From positions 1 to 39,443 of IMG/VR virus record IMGVR_UViG_3300048851_000120: a DNA stretch of 39,443 bases, one strand, 5' to 3'. The stretch comes from a virus. Taxonomy: Duplodnaviria; Caudoviricetes. The notes under the pieces are model-generated. The model saw nothing but the letters and a program-made list of their open reading frames with translations. It was not told the origin of the DNA and did no database searches. A program made the translations under genes and the position numbers. Of the stretch, positions 26,098-35,018 are shown piece by piece (position 1 is the stretch's first letter; the number at the start of each line of letters is the position of its first letter).

Positions 26098-26733
26098 ATG
26101 AATTGGGTTCGCAAGTTGGCCGTGGCGGCGGCGCTCATGGCCGCCACGACTGCGGGGGCCGACGCCGCGGTCATCTTCAGCTTCAGCCAGGTCGGGCCGA
26201 TGCAGCACTCGCCGAACCCGCCGTTGGGGAACTGGATCATCAATGGAGAGCTGATAATCTCGGATGAAGCGGCGGACAGCGGCTTCAATTATCAGGTCTT
26301 CAACTCGGACACGGCGCCCTACCAACAGTCCTCCTTGGACGGGCTCCTGTCGCTTCGTGTCGAGGGCGGCAACCGTTACAACGTCAACGGCGACTTTGGC
26401 TTTGCCACTCTGGACGATTTCACGCGGCAGCGTTCGCTTGGCAGCTTTGGCCAAATCAGGACGCTCTCACTGACCGGGGACATTACCTCGGGGCTGAGCG
26501 GCATCATCAATTTCAGAAACACGGAATCTGAGTTTTACTTGCAGTTGAGCGGGACAACCTTCACCGGGCAGTTCGCTGCCGACTATGCGCAAAGCTGCGC
26601 CAACCCGCTCTGCACCTTCTCAGGCACCATCACGACAACTGCCGTTCCGGTTCCTGAACCCGCCTCGATGGCGCTGTTCGGCGTGGGGGTCGTCGGGCTG
26701 GGGATGATCCGGCGGAAGCGCCGGGGGGCCTAA
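26098..26733 (+). CDS. PEP-CTERM sorting-domain protein 2 (moron)
   Basis: AGGAGG RBS; signal peptide MNWVRKLAVAAALMAATTAGADA; Ser/Thr/Gly-rich body; VPEPASMALFGVGVVGLGMIRRKRR tail; visibly lower GC. Confidence 0.92.
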   Translation: MNWVRKLAVAAALMAATTAGADAAVIFSFSQVGPMQHSPNPPLGNWIINGELIISDEAADSGFNYQVFNSDTAPYQQSSLDGLLSLRVEGGNRYNVNGDFGFATLDDFTRQRSLGSFGQIRTLSLTGDITSGLSGIINFRNTESEFYLQLSGTTFTGQFAADYAQSCANPLCTFSGTITTTAVPVPEPASMALFGVGVVGLGMIRRKRRGA

Positions 26734-27236
26734 GCCGCCCCGACCGGATACTGCTGGAGGGCGGCGGACCAGTTGCCGCCCCACGTGGACTTATGCGGCT
26801 TCCCCGGCCGCCACAGCCGCTCCTTGTAGCAGGCCCATGCCGCCTCTGGTTCCTCCGGAATGGCATAGGGGTCTGTCAGCAGAAGCAGGCGCGCGAGGGC
26901 GTAGGCCAGCAGATCGTGGCCTTCAATCGCGCGCCACAGAGGCGGCGCCTCGGGCACCACCGTGGCGGCATCGCAGCACACCAGCGTGCGCGGCCGGCTG
27001 GTGGGATGCCGTAGGACGCCGGCCACCCCGCCGCCCTGTTCGAACTGCCACCAGCCCCGGGCCGGGCCCGCTGCTCCGCCCGTCACCACCTGCGCCCGGT
27101 GCTGCAGCCCGCTTTCCTGCATGGCGATGGCGAGCAGGAAGCGCCGCGCCGGGGCCGTCGAGCGGACCCCGGTATATGCCTCCAGCCAGGCGGCGCCCGG
27201 CTCCAGGATGGTCCGGCGGAATTCCTCGACGTTCAC
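26730..27236 (-). CDS. Endolysin (lysozyme/transglycosylase-like)
   Basis: LLAIAMQESGL.HRAQ...GPARGWWQFE; next to the holin. Confidence 0.75.
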   Translation of the reverse strand: MNVEEFRRTILEPGAAWLEAYTGVRSTAPARRFLLAIAMQESGLQHRAQVVTGGAAGPARGWWQFEQGGGVAGVLRHPTSRPRTLVCCDAATVVPEAPPLWRAIEGHDLLAYALARLLLLTDPYAIPEEPEAAWACYKERLWRPGKPHKSTWGGNWSAALQQYPVGAA

Positions 27237-27595
27237 GACGGCTTGCCCTGCTTGGCGGCTTCGATAGCGGCATTGGCCATGCGGCGGAGCGTGTCCTTGT
27301 CGGGCCGCAGTTCTGCCAGCACCTCGGGGAGATTCCGGTTCACATAGCCCGCCACGAAGTCAACAGCGGCCGCCCGGTTCATCTGCCCGGACGCCAGCGC
27401 CGGCAGCAGGTCATAGGCGGCGCGGGACAGAGCGCCGGTCAGCAGCGCCATGCGCTTGTCGTGGGCAATGCTGGAGAGCACCGTCCGCGCCGGGCCTGGC
27501 AGCAGGGTAAGAACCCAGCCGCCCAGCGCCACCAGCACCGGAAGGACCACCACTTCGGCAATGGTGGGCAGCAAGGGAATCATCCAATCGGGCAT
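27233..27595 (-). CDS. Holin (LL-H-like)
   Basis: N-terminal TM helix followed by amphipathic helices; overlaps the endolysin start. Confidence 0.65.
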   Translation of the reverse strand: MPDWMIPLLPTIAEVVVLPVLVALGGWVLTLLPGPARTVLSSIAHDKRMALLTGALSRAAYDLLPALASGQMNRAAAVDFVAGYVNRNLPEVLAELRPDKDTLRRMANAAIEAAKQGKPS

Positions 27596-27604
27596 TGAAG
27601 CCTC

Positions 27605-28267
27605 CTAGGTTTCGCGGTCAGGAATTCGCCACCGTGCGGGCGTGTCGTCGTCGCTGTTCGGCCGCGGCGCCATCGGCGAGCCGAGCCGGGTTTCCAGCCG
27701 CTCCTGGCGCCGGAGGATTTCCTCCAGGCGCGGCAGGATGCCGGCGATGGTTGTGGCTATCGCGTTGGCGCGCTCCAGCTGCGCCTGGTCTGCGCGCTCC
27801 ATGGCGGTCACGCGGTCGCGCAGACCCTCTAGCTGCTGGTCACGCACCGATGCCGTGGTGGCCTGCCGCGTCTCCACTGCCTGGAGCCGCTGGCCGTGGG
27901 AGCCGAGGGCGGCGGAGATGTCGACGCTCTTGGTCTCGATGGACGCCACCCGCGACATCAGCGGCGCGAGGGCCATGTTGCCGACCACGCCCACGATTGT
28001 GAGGATGCCCACGCCCATGGCCACCGCCGGCCCGCCGACGCGGAGCCAGCCCGGGGTTTCCGTGGGCTTGTTCAGGTGGGGCGCCAGGATGCTCGCCACA
28101 TCCTTGGCCAGATATTCGGCAGACATGCGGACCTGCTGGTTGCCCTTCACATCGTGGGCCGCCTGCTGGGCGCGCGCCGCTTCCACCCGGGCGTCCAACT
28201 CGGCAGCGGTGAAGAGCTTTTCCCCACCGCCGCCGTTGCCGCCTTGCCCGCCTTGTCGCATCGGCAT
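27605..28267 (-). CDS. Membrane-anchored coiled-coil protein in the lysis region
   Basis: Central TM (AVAMGVGILTIVGVVGNMAL) followed by a heptad-rich segment. Confidence 0.65.
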   Translation of the reverse strand: MPMRQGGQGGNGGGGEKLFTAAELDARVEAARAQQAAHDVKGNQQVRMSAEYLAKDVASILAPHLNKPTETPGWLRVGGPAVAMGVGILTIVGVVGNMALAPLMSRVASIETKSVDISAALGSHGQRLQAVETRQATTASVRDQQLEGLRDRVTAMERADQAQLERANAIATTIAGILPRLEEILRRQERLETRLGSPMAPRPNSDDDTPARWRIPDRET

Positions 28268-28282
28268 CGCGCCGCTCCTCCG

Positions 28283-31200
28283 TTAAGGCACGATCGCGTG
28301 CGCATAGACCGCACCTTGCAGCGTCTCAATTTGCAGGTCGGTCAGCGCGTCGAAGGTGAACAGAGCCACTTCCGACACGAGCAGTTCTGGTCCCGCGACG
28401 CTGCCAGCGTCATCGAAGTACCCGACGCGCAGCGTGCCGGACGAGGGCAGCGCCATACCGGGGGCAAACCCGCCCTCGGTGCCCATGATCACGTCGTCAT
28501 TCACTTTGTGACGCACCGCGCGGGCGTTCAGCGTCGCATCCACCACCACAGCCACCGCCACCTTTACGCCAGCGCCGCCGGTGAAAAGGTTGATGTTCTC
28601 GCTGTTCGTCTCGGTCTGGTACTCGCCGCCGTCGTTCTGGTCTATCAGCGCAATGGAGGCGGGGTTGTCATAGTCATTCGCCTGGCCGGTGCCGGTGAAT
28701 GCCAGCACGCGGTGAAACTGGGCGTTGGCCCCGACCTGCTGGAAGGCAATCACCGCGCCCAGCTTCTTGCCGCCGGCAGGCATACCGGACAGCAGAGCCT
28801 TGAGGCCCTGCGTGCCGCCCTGGATGCGGACGCAGGGGACATCCTGCGGGCCGCCGCTCATGTAGTAGAACGAGCCATCGTCCTTGGTGAAGCGCGGCCG
28901 GAAGCCAGCAGACGGCGCGGCAAAGGGCGAGCCCGAGGCGTCCTGGTTGTGCCAGGTCGCATACGTGCCGCGCGCATTCGCTGCCCGCGTCGACAGCCAG
29001 GCCGTCACGGCTGCCCGATCCACGACGCCGCTGCTGTTGAGGCCGAAGGCTTGCGACACGATGGGCGCAACCGTCGTCTCCAGCGTGACGATAGACCCAG
29101 CGTAATCCTGCTTCGTCCGGCGCATGGCCAGCCGCGTGTGGTACGTCACCGGCAGCGTGGGATAGCCCGGGCCGGTGCCGCCGTCGCCGCCGCCAGGATC
29201 GGCCGGCACCGCCGTGAAGTTGAACGTCACCGGCTGCGTGGAAGATCCGCCGGCATTGCTGGCCGTGATGTTGGACGTGAAGGTGCGGTCAACCGTCGTG
29301 TCCGAAATGGTCTGCTTCAGCAGGACATCGCCGTCCAACTCCACGGCGAAGCGCGGATCGGAGCTAGTAACGGTGGTGGGCGCATCGCCGGTCATGCCGA
29401 TGCGGCCTAGGACCGTGTTCAACGCCGCGTTGGCGGGATTGCTGAAGGACTGGCCCGCGACGATGCCCGGCGCCACGGTTTCGCCTTCACCCGGCTGCCC
29501 ACTGGCGCGCTCCAGCGGGACGATGAAGTCTTTCGCCTTGGCGCGCCGCTCCTCCAGGCTGTACCCGACCGGGCCCACCCCTTCCGCCTTGTGCCGCGCG
29601 ATGATTTCGGCGCCCTGGTCCGTGGTGCCGATGATGTCATGCAGCGCCACTGACCGAAGGGCCAGAACGGGATAGTTGCCGTTGGCGAAGCCGGCCGCGT
29701 TCAGGCCCTCCTGCGGCGGATGGAGCACGCCCGACATTGCCGCCCAGGTCTTTGCGCCCGAGTTGGGCGTAATGGCATCGCCGACAATGGCGTTGTAGTA
29801 GGACCCGCGCCGGTAATCGAAAACGTTGTCGGGCTGGAGCATCCGGCCGACGCTCCAGTTCGACGCCCACTGAAGATGCGTCCCGGCCGATTCAATACCC
29901 GCCAGGATGTAGGCCATGGCCTTGCCGGCCGTGGCGTGATCATCCATCCACGGCTTGATTTCCGAGGCGGGATCAGCGTCAACGCCCGCGTGCCAGCCGT
30001 AGGCCGCGCCCTGGCCGGTCTGCCAGGCAGGCTGGCGGGCAATGAGGTACTGGAAGTTGTAATCGAGCAACTGGCGCAGAGGCTCCAGGAGCGGGCTGGT
30101 GCCAGGCAGCGCCGCCACGGCCTGCGCCACGGCATTGAGGCGCCAGCCCGTCTCGCGAACCTGGTTGCCCTGGCAGATAAGCCAGTCCTTGTCGCCCTGC
30201 CGGTACCGGGCATAGGTCGCCTGGTCGTACACGTTGAAGCAGGCGAATTGCTCCAGCAGGTCGGCAAACCACTGGTCACCGGTGGCCAGATAGGCGGGCA
30301 ACGTGGTGGCGGGCTGGTGCGCCATGTCGATCTTCCAGCCAGTCGGCCCCCACTCGATGAGCGTGAGATTGGCCGGGTTCTGGTCGCCCCGGTAATCCAG
30401 CCACATGTTGGGGTAGCCGATGGTGGGGAAGTTGTTCAGGGAGACGCCCTTGGCAGCGTCGTGGAAGTTCCAGGGGATGTGACCTGAGGCTTCCGCCTGC
30501 GCGATCATCACGTCATGGGCGCGGGGGTCCTGCGTGACGCACCACGCCTCCGCGATCGCCGGCATGATGCCCAGTTCGTCGCGGTCGCCGGTGCCGGGCA
30601 TGTCCTTGGGCAGCCCAGCCGTGCCCAGCGGCGTGCGGTAGCTCGCGGCGACGGAGGCATATTGCGCGAGCGTGGTCTCCGCCAGACCGGTGGCGAGATC
30701 ATAGTTGGGCAGGAAGCCATTCTGCATCCACAGCCCCGTGTCGAACTGCGGATAATGCACGGGGGGGAAGGCGCCGGCATTGGCCGTGGGCGACAGGTCC
30801 GACCGCATGACCTTGCGGAACTTCTGCCCGGTGACCATGCGGAAGTTGGTCAAGCTGAGCACGCTCGTGCCGTTGTGGGTCAGGGAGACGTTGACCAGCC
30901 AGGACCCGACATTGCCCGGGTTCGACCACATGTTCAGGTCGGAGCAGATGCCATAGTCCGCCACGATGGTGCCGTTGCTGTAGGCGCGCAGGTTCAGCAG
31001 CACGCGGAGGCCCTGCGTGAGCCGCTTCTCAAAGCGCGCCTCGGTGCAGATCGGGCCGCGCCGCCAGTAAACGGGCGTGATGGAACCGCGCAGCGCAGCG
31101 GGGGAAATGTCGGTGGTCTGGTTGATGGCCGTGACCGTGCCGTTGTCCTGGTAGTTGCCATCAGGGTAGGCGCCGAAGGACTTGGACGAGACCACCGTAA

Positions 31201-32443
31201 TGGAGGCGCCGAACATGGCCACGGCCGCCGCCATCAGGTCCACGTTGGTCCCGCTGGCGGTGCCGTTCTCCTTGATAGTCGCGGCCTTGGGCGTGTCCGC
31301 CTGCACCAGCGGCGCCATGCAGGACACGGAGCCATTCTTGGCGGAGCCGTCCGCGTGCAGCCGCTTCACGTCAATCTGCACCGGCACCAGCACGCCGTCG
31401 CCCAGGTCGTAGGCGTAAGCCTTGTTCTGCGCCGGGAAGATTTTGCCGGCGGGGAAGCTCATGCCGAAGGTGGTGGGAAGCGCAGGCACCGGGGCGCCCT
31501 TGGGGCCTGCGAAGCGGAAGGACTGAATCGCCCCCGCCGCGTTGCTGCGGGCCAGGAGCGGCGCGAAGACGACGCCGCTTTCCGGCATGGCCGGCGGGGT
31601 CTGCGCCACATACAGCGCGGGGTTGAAGGCGCCCACGGGTTCGGGAACCACCACGACTTCCGCCGTGGCCGTGAAGGTGGATTCCTCGAACACCGCCGGG
31701 TTGCTGGTCAGCGCGTCGCGCACGGTCAGCGTGAGGGACTGGCCGCCAGCCGCCGCCGTTCCGCCACGAAGAACCTGGCTCTTGCCGGCGTTGGCGGTCA
31801 GCGTGCCGGAGGTGGTGCGCGTGATGCCCGCGGCCGGGCTCGTCGGCAGGATGTCCGCCAGCTTGAGAGTGGCCGCGGCGTCCAGGGGGAAGGTCGCGGA
31901 TGCGGGGCTGAAGGTGGGCTTCGTGATGGTGGGCGTGCCGCCGCCCGCCGCCGCGATGGTGACGGTGGCCGCGCCGTTCTGCGGCGAGTTGGTGGCGTTC
32001 CCGTGGGTGTCGCGCACGGACAGGCTCAGCGTGCCAGCCGTCAGCGTGCCGGTGTCGCTGCGGATGATGCGGCGCCCGGTCGTATCGTCGGGGTCCATGA
32101 TGGCAGCGGGGCCACCCAGGATCAGCGCGCGGGTGGCGCCGGAGGGCGTGGCCACGTTGACCGTGCCCAGCAGCGTGCCGGCCGCTGCATCCGCCGCCAC
32201 GCCGGTGGCCGGGGTGATGGTCAGGGTGGGCAGCGTCACGGGATTGGGGTTGGGGTTCCCGCCGCCGCCGGTGATGCCGAGTTCCGCCAGCACCGTTTCC
32301 ACGATGGCCCGGACTTGCTGCTCCGCCGCCGTGATGATCAGGCCCGGCGCGGCGGAGGCCGGCTTGCCGTCCGGCGTGGCCACCGGAATTGTGGAGCCGT
32401 CAGGCAGAGAAATCAGGTTCGGCGGATTGGGGATCTTCGGCAT
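28283..32443 (-). CDS. Giant virion fibre/adhesin with a putative polysaccharide-lyase core
   Basis: About 1386 aa from ATG 32443; Thr-rich Ig/cadherin-like repeats, central TFGMSFPAG...Q.DVK..HADGS.K and helical domain, ConA/LamG-like C-terminus. Confidence 0.65.
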   Translation of the reverse strand: MPKIPNPPNLISLPDGSTIPVATPDGKPASAAPGLIITAAEQQVRAIVETVLAELGITGGGGNPNPNPVTLPTLTITPATGVAADAAAGTLLGTVNVATPSGATRALILGGPAAIMDPDDTTGRRIIRSDTGTLTAGTLSLSVRDTHGNATNSPQNGAATVTIAAAGGGTPTITKPTFSPASATFPLDAAATLKLADILPTSPAAGITRTTSGTLTANAGKSQVLRGGTAAAGGQSLTLTVRDALTSNPAVFEESTFTATAEVVVVPEPVGAFNPALYVAQTPPAMPESGVVFAPLLARSNAAGAIQSFRFAGPKGAPVPALPTTFGMSFPAGKIFPAQNKAYAYDLGDGVLVPVQIDVKRLHADGSAKNGSVSCMAPLVQADTPKAATIKENGTASGTNVDLMAAAVAMFGASITVVSSKSFGAYPDGNYQDNGTVTAINQTTDISPAALRGSITPVYWRRGPICTEARFEKRLTQGLRVLLNLRAYSNGTIVADYGICSDLNMWSNPGNVGSWLVNVSLTHNGTSVLSLTNFRMVTGQKFRKVMRSDLSPTANAGAFPPVHYPQFDTGLWMQNGFLPNYDLATGLAETTLAQYASVAASYRTPLGTAGLPKDMPGTGDRDELGIMPAIAEAWCVTQDPRAHDVMIAQAEASGHIPWNFHDAAKGVSLNNFPTIGYPNMWLDYRGDQNPANLTLIEWGPTGWKIDMAHQPATTLPAYLATGDQWFADLLEQFACFNVYDQATYARYRQGDKDWLICQGNQVRETGWRLNAVAQAVAALPGTSPLLEPLRQLLDYNFQYLIARQPAWQTGQGAAYGWHAGVDADPASEIKPWMDDHATAGKAMAYILAGIESAGTHLQWASNWSVGRMLQPDNVFDYRRGSYYNAIVGDAITPNSGAKTWAAMSGVLHPPQEGLNAAGFANGNYPVLALRSVALHDIIGTTDQGAEIIARHKAEGVGPVGYSLEERRAKAKDFIVPLERASGQPGEGETVAPGIVAGQSFSNPANAALNTVLGRIGMTGDAPTTVTSSDPRFAVELDGDVLLKQTISDTTVDRTFTSNITASNAGGSSTQPVTFNFTAVPADPGGGDGGTGPGYPTLPVTYHTRLAMRRTKQDYAGSIVTLETTVAPIVSQAFGLNSSGVVDRAAVTAWLSTRAANARGTYATWHNQDASGSPFAAPSAGFRPRFTKDDGSFYYMSGGPQDVPCVRIQGGTQGLKALLSGMPAGGKKLGAVIAFQQVGANAQFHRVLAFTGTGQANDYDNPASIALIDQNDGGEYQTETNSENINLFTGGAGVKVAVAVVVDATLNARAVRHKVNDDVIMGTEGGFAPGMALPSSGTLRVGYFDDAGSVAGPELLVSEVALFTFDALTDLQIETLQGAVYAHAIVP

Positions 32444-32444
32444 C

Positions 32445-32660
32445 TTATAGCTCCACCGGGGAACCATCACCCCACAGCACGGGCGTCCCATCGGGCCAGA
32501 GAAGTGCAGCGGGATTGCCGGGGATCGGCGGCGGGCCGCCGGGGGTGGGGTTGTGTTCCCCACCCCCTACCCGACGCCGCCTCCGCCGGCGGCGAAGGCT
32601 CGCCTGCTGCCTCGCCTGAAGGCGCCGCATCAGGTCCAGGAAATCGGGTGCGCCCGCCAT
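32445..32660 (-). CDS. Small Arg/Pro-rich protein
   Basis: Fills the gap between neighbours; R8 run; LLWPDGTPVLWGDGSPV tail. Confidence 0.55.
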   Translation of the reverse strand: MAGAPDFLDLMRRLQARQQASLRRRRRRRRVGGGEHNPTPGGPPPIPGNPAALLWPDGTPVLWGDGSPVEL

Positions 32661-32673
32661 GGCGGGCGGTCCC

Positions 32674-32937
32674 TTACGCTGCGGTGGACATCTGCGTAGT
32701 GGTCACCACCCCGGTGGCGGGGTTCACGGTGGCCACATACGCACGCAGCGCAATCGTGCCGCCGAAGCCCGTCACCGCGAAAATGATGTCCCCGGTTTCG
32801 AGGTTCGCTTCCTTGACGGCATCGTTGAAATAGCCGTTGGCGAAGGCGGTGGTGTGGGTGTCGGCCGTCCGGTACTGGAAGACCTTCTGGCCTGCCCAGT
32901 CGCCGAACTTGTTCAGCGTCTCACGGGTGAATGCCAT
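32674..32937 (-). CDS. Capsid decoration/minor head protein (putative)
   Basis: 87 aa directly after the MCP; Y.TADT......GYFN....L..GD.I motif; AGGAGG RBS. Confidence 0.65.
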   Translation of the reverse strand: MAFTRETLNKFGDWAGQKVFQYRTADTHTTAFANGYFNDAVKEANLETGDIIFAVTGFGGTIALRAYVATVNPATGVVTTTQMSTAA

Positions 32938-32940
32938 GGC

Positions 32941-33771
32941 TTAGGCCTCCTTCGCGGGCATACGCACCACGCCCTTGGCGTCGATCAGACCGGCGCCCAT
33001 GGACATCATGCTGTTGACGAAGTGCGCGGCGCGGTCGCCGTGCCAGGTGATGTCCGTGGTCACGTCCGCGCCGATGGCCTGCGCCACGGCATCGCCGTGG
33101 AACATGAAATTGTTCCGGACATCGCCGTCCAGCGGCAGGCCCGTGAACATCATCCACCACATGCCCAGCCAGGCCTTCACCTGCGTGGCGCCGCTCTTCC
33201 AGGGGAGGTCGCCATCCCCGACATAATCGGCGTCGGCGAATTCCGGGATCAGCAGCAGTTCATTCCACTGCTTCGGGCCGACGATGGAGAACCGGCGGCC
33301 GTCATCCGGCACGTCCGCGCTGTTCAGCATCTCGAAGCCCTGGAGCACCTTGGTGCGGGTCAGGCCATCCGCGCCGGTACCGGCATTCTGGGAGGTCGGG
33401 GTCTCGTTCAGCGCGCCGACGATCTGGTCATCGGTCTCACGGCCCAGCGCCCAGGCGCCGGCGTTGGCGAGGTGCTGCCGTTCGTCGATGTTGGTCTTCA
33501 GCTCGTCGAGCTTATCGACCCAGGCGCCGGCGTACCGGTCCACCAGGAACACCTCCACGTTGCCGTGGTCGGGGTTCATCGGCGGAATCTCGCCATGGCG
33601 CGGCTTGCTGGTGGCCTTGCCGCGCCCGAACAGCGGGAAGGTGGTGGAAGCGCCGCGAATGCCGGTCTTCGTGCGGACCAGCCCGCGCAGCTTGGACCCA
33701 CGGCGCTGATAGGCCTGGTGGACCTCCGCGCCGTACTGCTTGATGAATGCCTGGTCGATGGTGTTGGGCAC
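32941..33771 (-). CDS. Major capsid protein
   Basis: GTG start, NTIDQAFIKQY...YQRRGSKLR, ALGRETDDQI, SMGAGLIDAKGVV; T7/BPP-1-like capsid after the scaffold. Confidence 0.9.
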   Translation of the reverse strand: MPNTIDQAFIKQYGAEVHQAYQRRGSKLRGLVRTKTGIRGASTTFPLFGRGKATSKPRHGEIPPMNPDHGNVEVFLVDRYAGAWVDKLDELKTNIDERQHLANAGAWALGRETDDQIVGALNETPTSQNAGTGADGLTRTKVLQGFEMLNSADVPDDGRRFSIVGPKQWNELLLIPEFADADYVGDGDLPWKSGATQVKAWLGMWWMMFTGLPLDGDVRNNFMFHGDAVAQAIGADVTTDITWHGDRAAHFVNSMMSMGAGLIDAKGVVRMPAKEA

Positions 33772-33895
33772 CGGACAACTCCGAGAAAAACGGTTTCCCG
33801 CTTCCACTCTGGTTGTCCGCTGGTGCCCCTCTCGCCGGTTGCCTCTCGGGCCGGCAGGTGCTCAACGGGCCTTCGTTTCAGCCTCTGATTTGCCG

Positions 33896-33924
33896 CCTAT
33901 CCAGAGGCCCCAAAAACCCGTCAA
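33896..33924 (-). promoter_or_regulatory. Putative late promoter 4 (major capsid)
   Basis: TTGACG-17 bp-GATAGG containing CCTCTGGATAGGCGGC. Confidence 0.78.
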
Positions 33925-33934
33925 GCATCTTTCA

Positions 33935-34801
33935 TCAGCTGGGGTAGAGCGTTTTCCAGTCGCGCTCGACTTCGGCCAGCAGCGCCGGGTCCTTGTCGCG
34001 CCAGTATTCCGGCTTCGCCATCTTCGCGCGAATCTCGTCCTCGGTCAGCGCGCCCACGGGCTTGCCGTTGCCGCCGGCCGGCGGAGCGAAGCGGCTGCCG
34101 GTGGCGCGCGCCGCCAATTCCTCCAGCGCTTCCACGGCTTTTGCATCGGACACCAGGCCGTCCAGAGCATTGGCTCGGTCGCCCAGCACGGTGCGCAGGC
34201 TGCCCCAGAGATGCTGCACCCGACGCTGCCCGTGCTCACCCAGCTGCCCCCACAGCTTCTCGCGCTCCGCCTGCATGTCGCTCTCGGTCGGCACCCGCTG
34301 GCCGTTCTCGCGCGCGACCTCGACCAGCAGCGCCTGGAAATCCTCGGGGGACGTGCCGGCGCGGTGGGCCATCTGCCGCAGCATGCCCAACGCCTTGCTA
34401 TCAGGGTTGAGCGGCAGATAGGTTTTCCCCGGCTCCGGCGCGAAGTCTGCGCCAGGCGGGCCTGCCATGATCACGACATCCACCGCATCTTCCTGCGGCG
34501 CCAGCGGATATTCCTCCGGCTTCGCGGGCCGCTTGCCGAACAACTCGGCCTCGATCTCCTGCCGCACCGTCGGCTTCAGGTTCTCGGCCAGCTTGCCGCG
34601 CTGCTTCTCCAGCTCGCCGTAGGACTTCGCCAGCTGCTCGCTGCGCAGCTCGCCCTTCTCGGCGTCCCAGAACTTCTCAGGTGCCCAGGATGGCCGCGCC
34701 GCCGCGGCGCTTCCGCCGCCCTGGTTCCCGTCCGCCGGCGGCGCCGCCGTCCCCGGCTGCGCTTCCTGCTGCCCCTGCTGCTGCCCGTCGTTCTCGGCCA
34801 T
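33935..34801 (-). CDS. Capsid scaffolding protein
   Basis: RPSWAPEKFWD...LAKSYGELEK and C-terminal PEYWRDKDP; between portal and capsid. Confidence 0.82.
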   Translation of the reverse strand: MAENDGQQQGQQEAQPGTAAPPADGNQGGGSAAAARPSWAPEKFWDAEKGELRSEQLAKSYGELEKQRGKLAENLKPTVRQEIEAELFGKRPAKPEEYPLAPQEDAVDVVIMAGPPGADFAPEPGKTYLPLNPDSKALGMLRQMAHRAGTSPEDFQALLVEVARENGQRVPTESDMQAEREKLWGQLGEHGQRRVQHLWGSLRTVLGDRANALDGLVSDAKAVEALEELAARATGSRFAPPAGGNGKPVGALTEDEIRAKMAKPEYWRDKDPALLAEVERDWKTLYPS

Positions 34802-35018
34802 CTGCCATCCTCATGTCGATAATGGCCACCATCGCCCTGCGGCCCTCAAGGTCGCGCAGTTCGGCGTCGGTGGCAGTGGGCGGAAGCACCCGCCCCGTGG
34901 TGATCTTGCGGAGATAGGCCAGCGCCTTCCCGCCGGCAGGCGTGCTGAAGGTCTCCAGCACCGCCTCGCTCGCCGCCGCGTCGGCCTCCTCGCTGAAGCG
35001 CGCGCCGTCCCCGATCAT
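34677..35018 (-). CDS. Bbp19-like head protein
   Basis: FSTPAGGKALAYL...EGRRAMV motif; found between portal and scaffold in BPP-1-like phages. Confidence 0.7.
   Translation of the reverse strand: MIGDGARFSEEADAAASEAVLETFSTPAGGKALAYLRKITTGRVLPPTATDAELRDLEGRRAMVAIIDMRMADGRERRAAAGAAGSAAGDGGAAGGREPGRRKRRGGAAILGT

Noticed and set aside
30515-32833. Long antisense ORFs (772 aa here; also 19147..21072, 27896..29410, 13974..15449, 127..1602, 37207..38574)
   Set aside because: They are shadow frames of real genes in GC-rich DNA, with Arg/Gly/His-rich low-information translations and no motifs.
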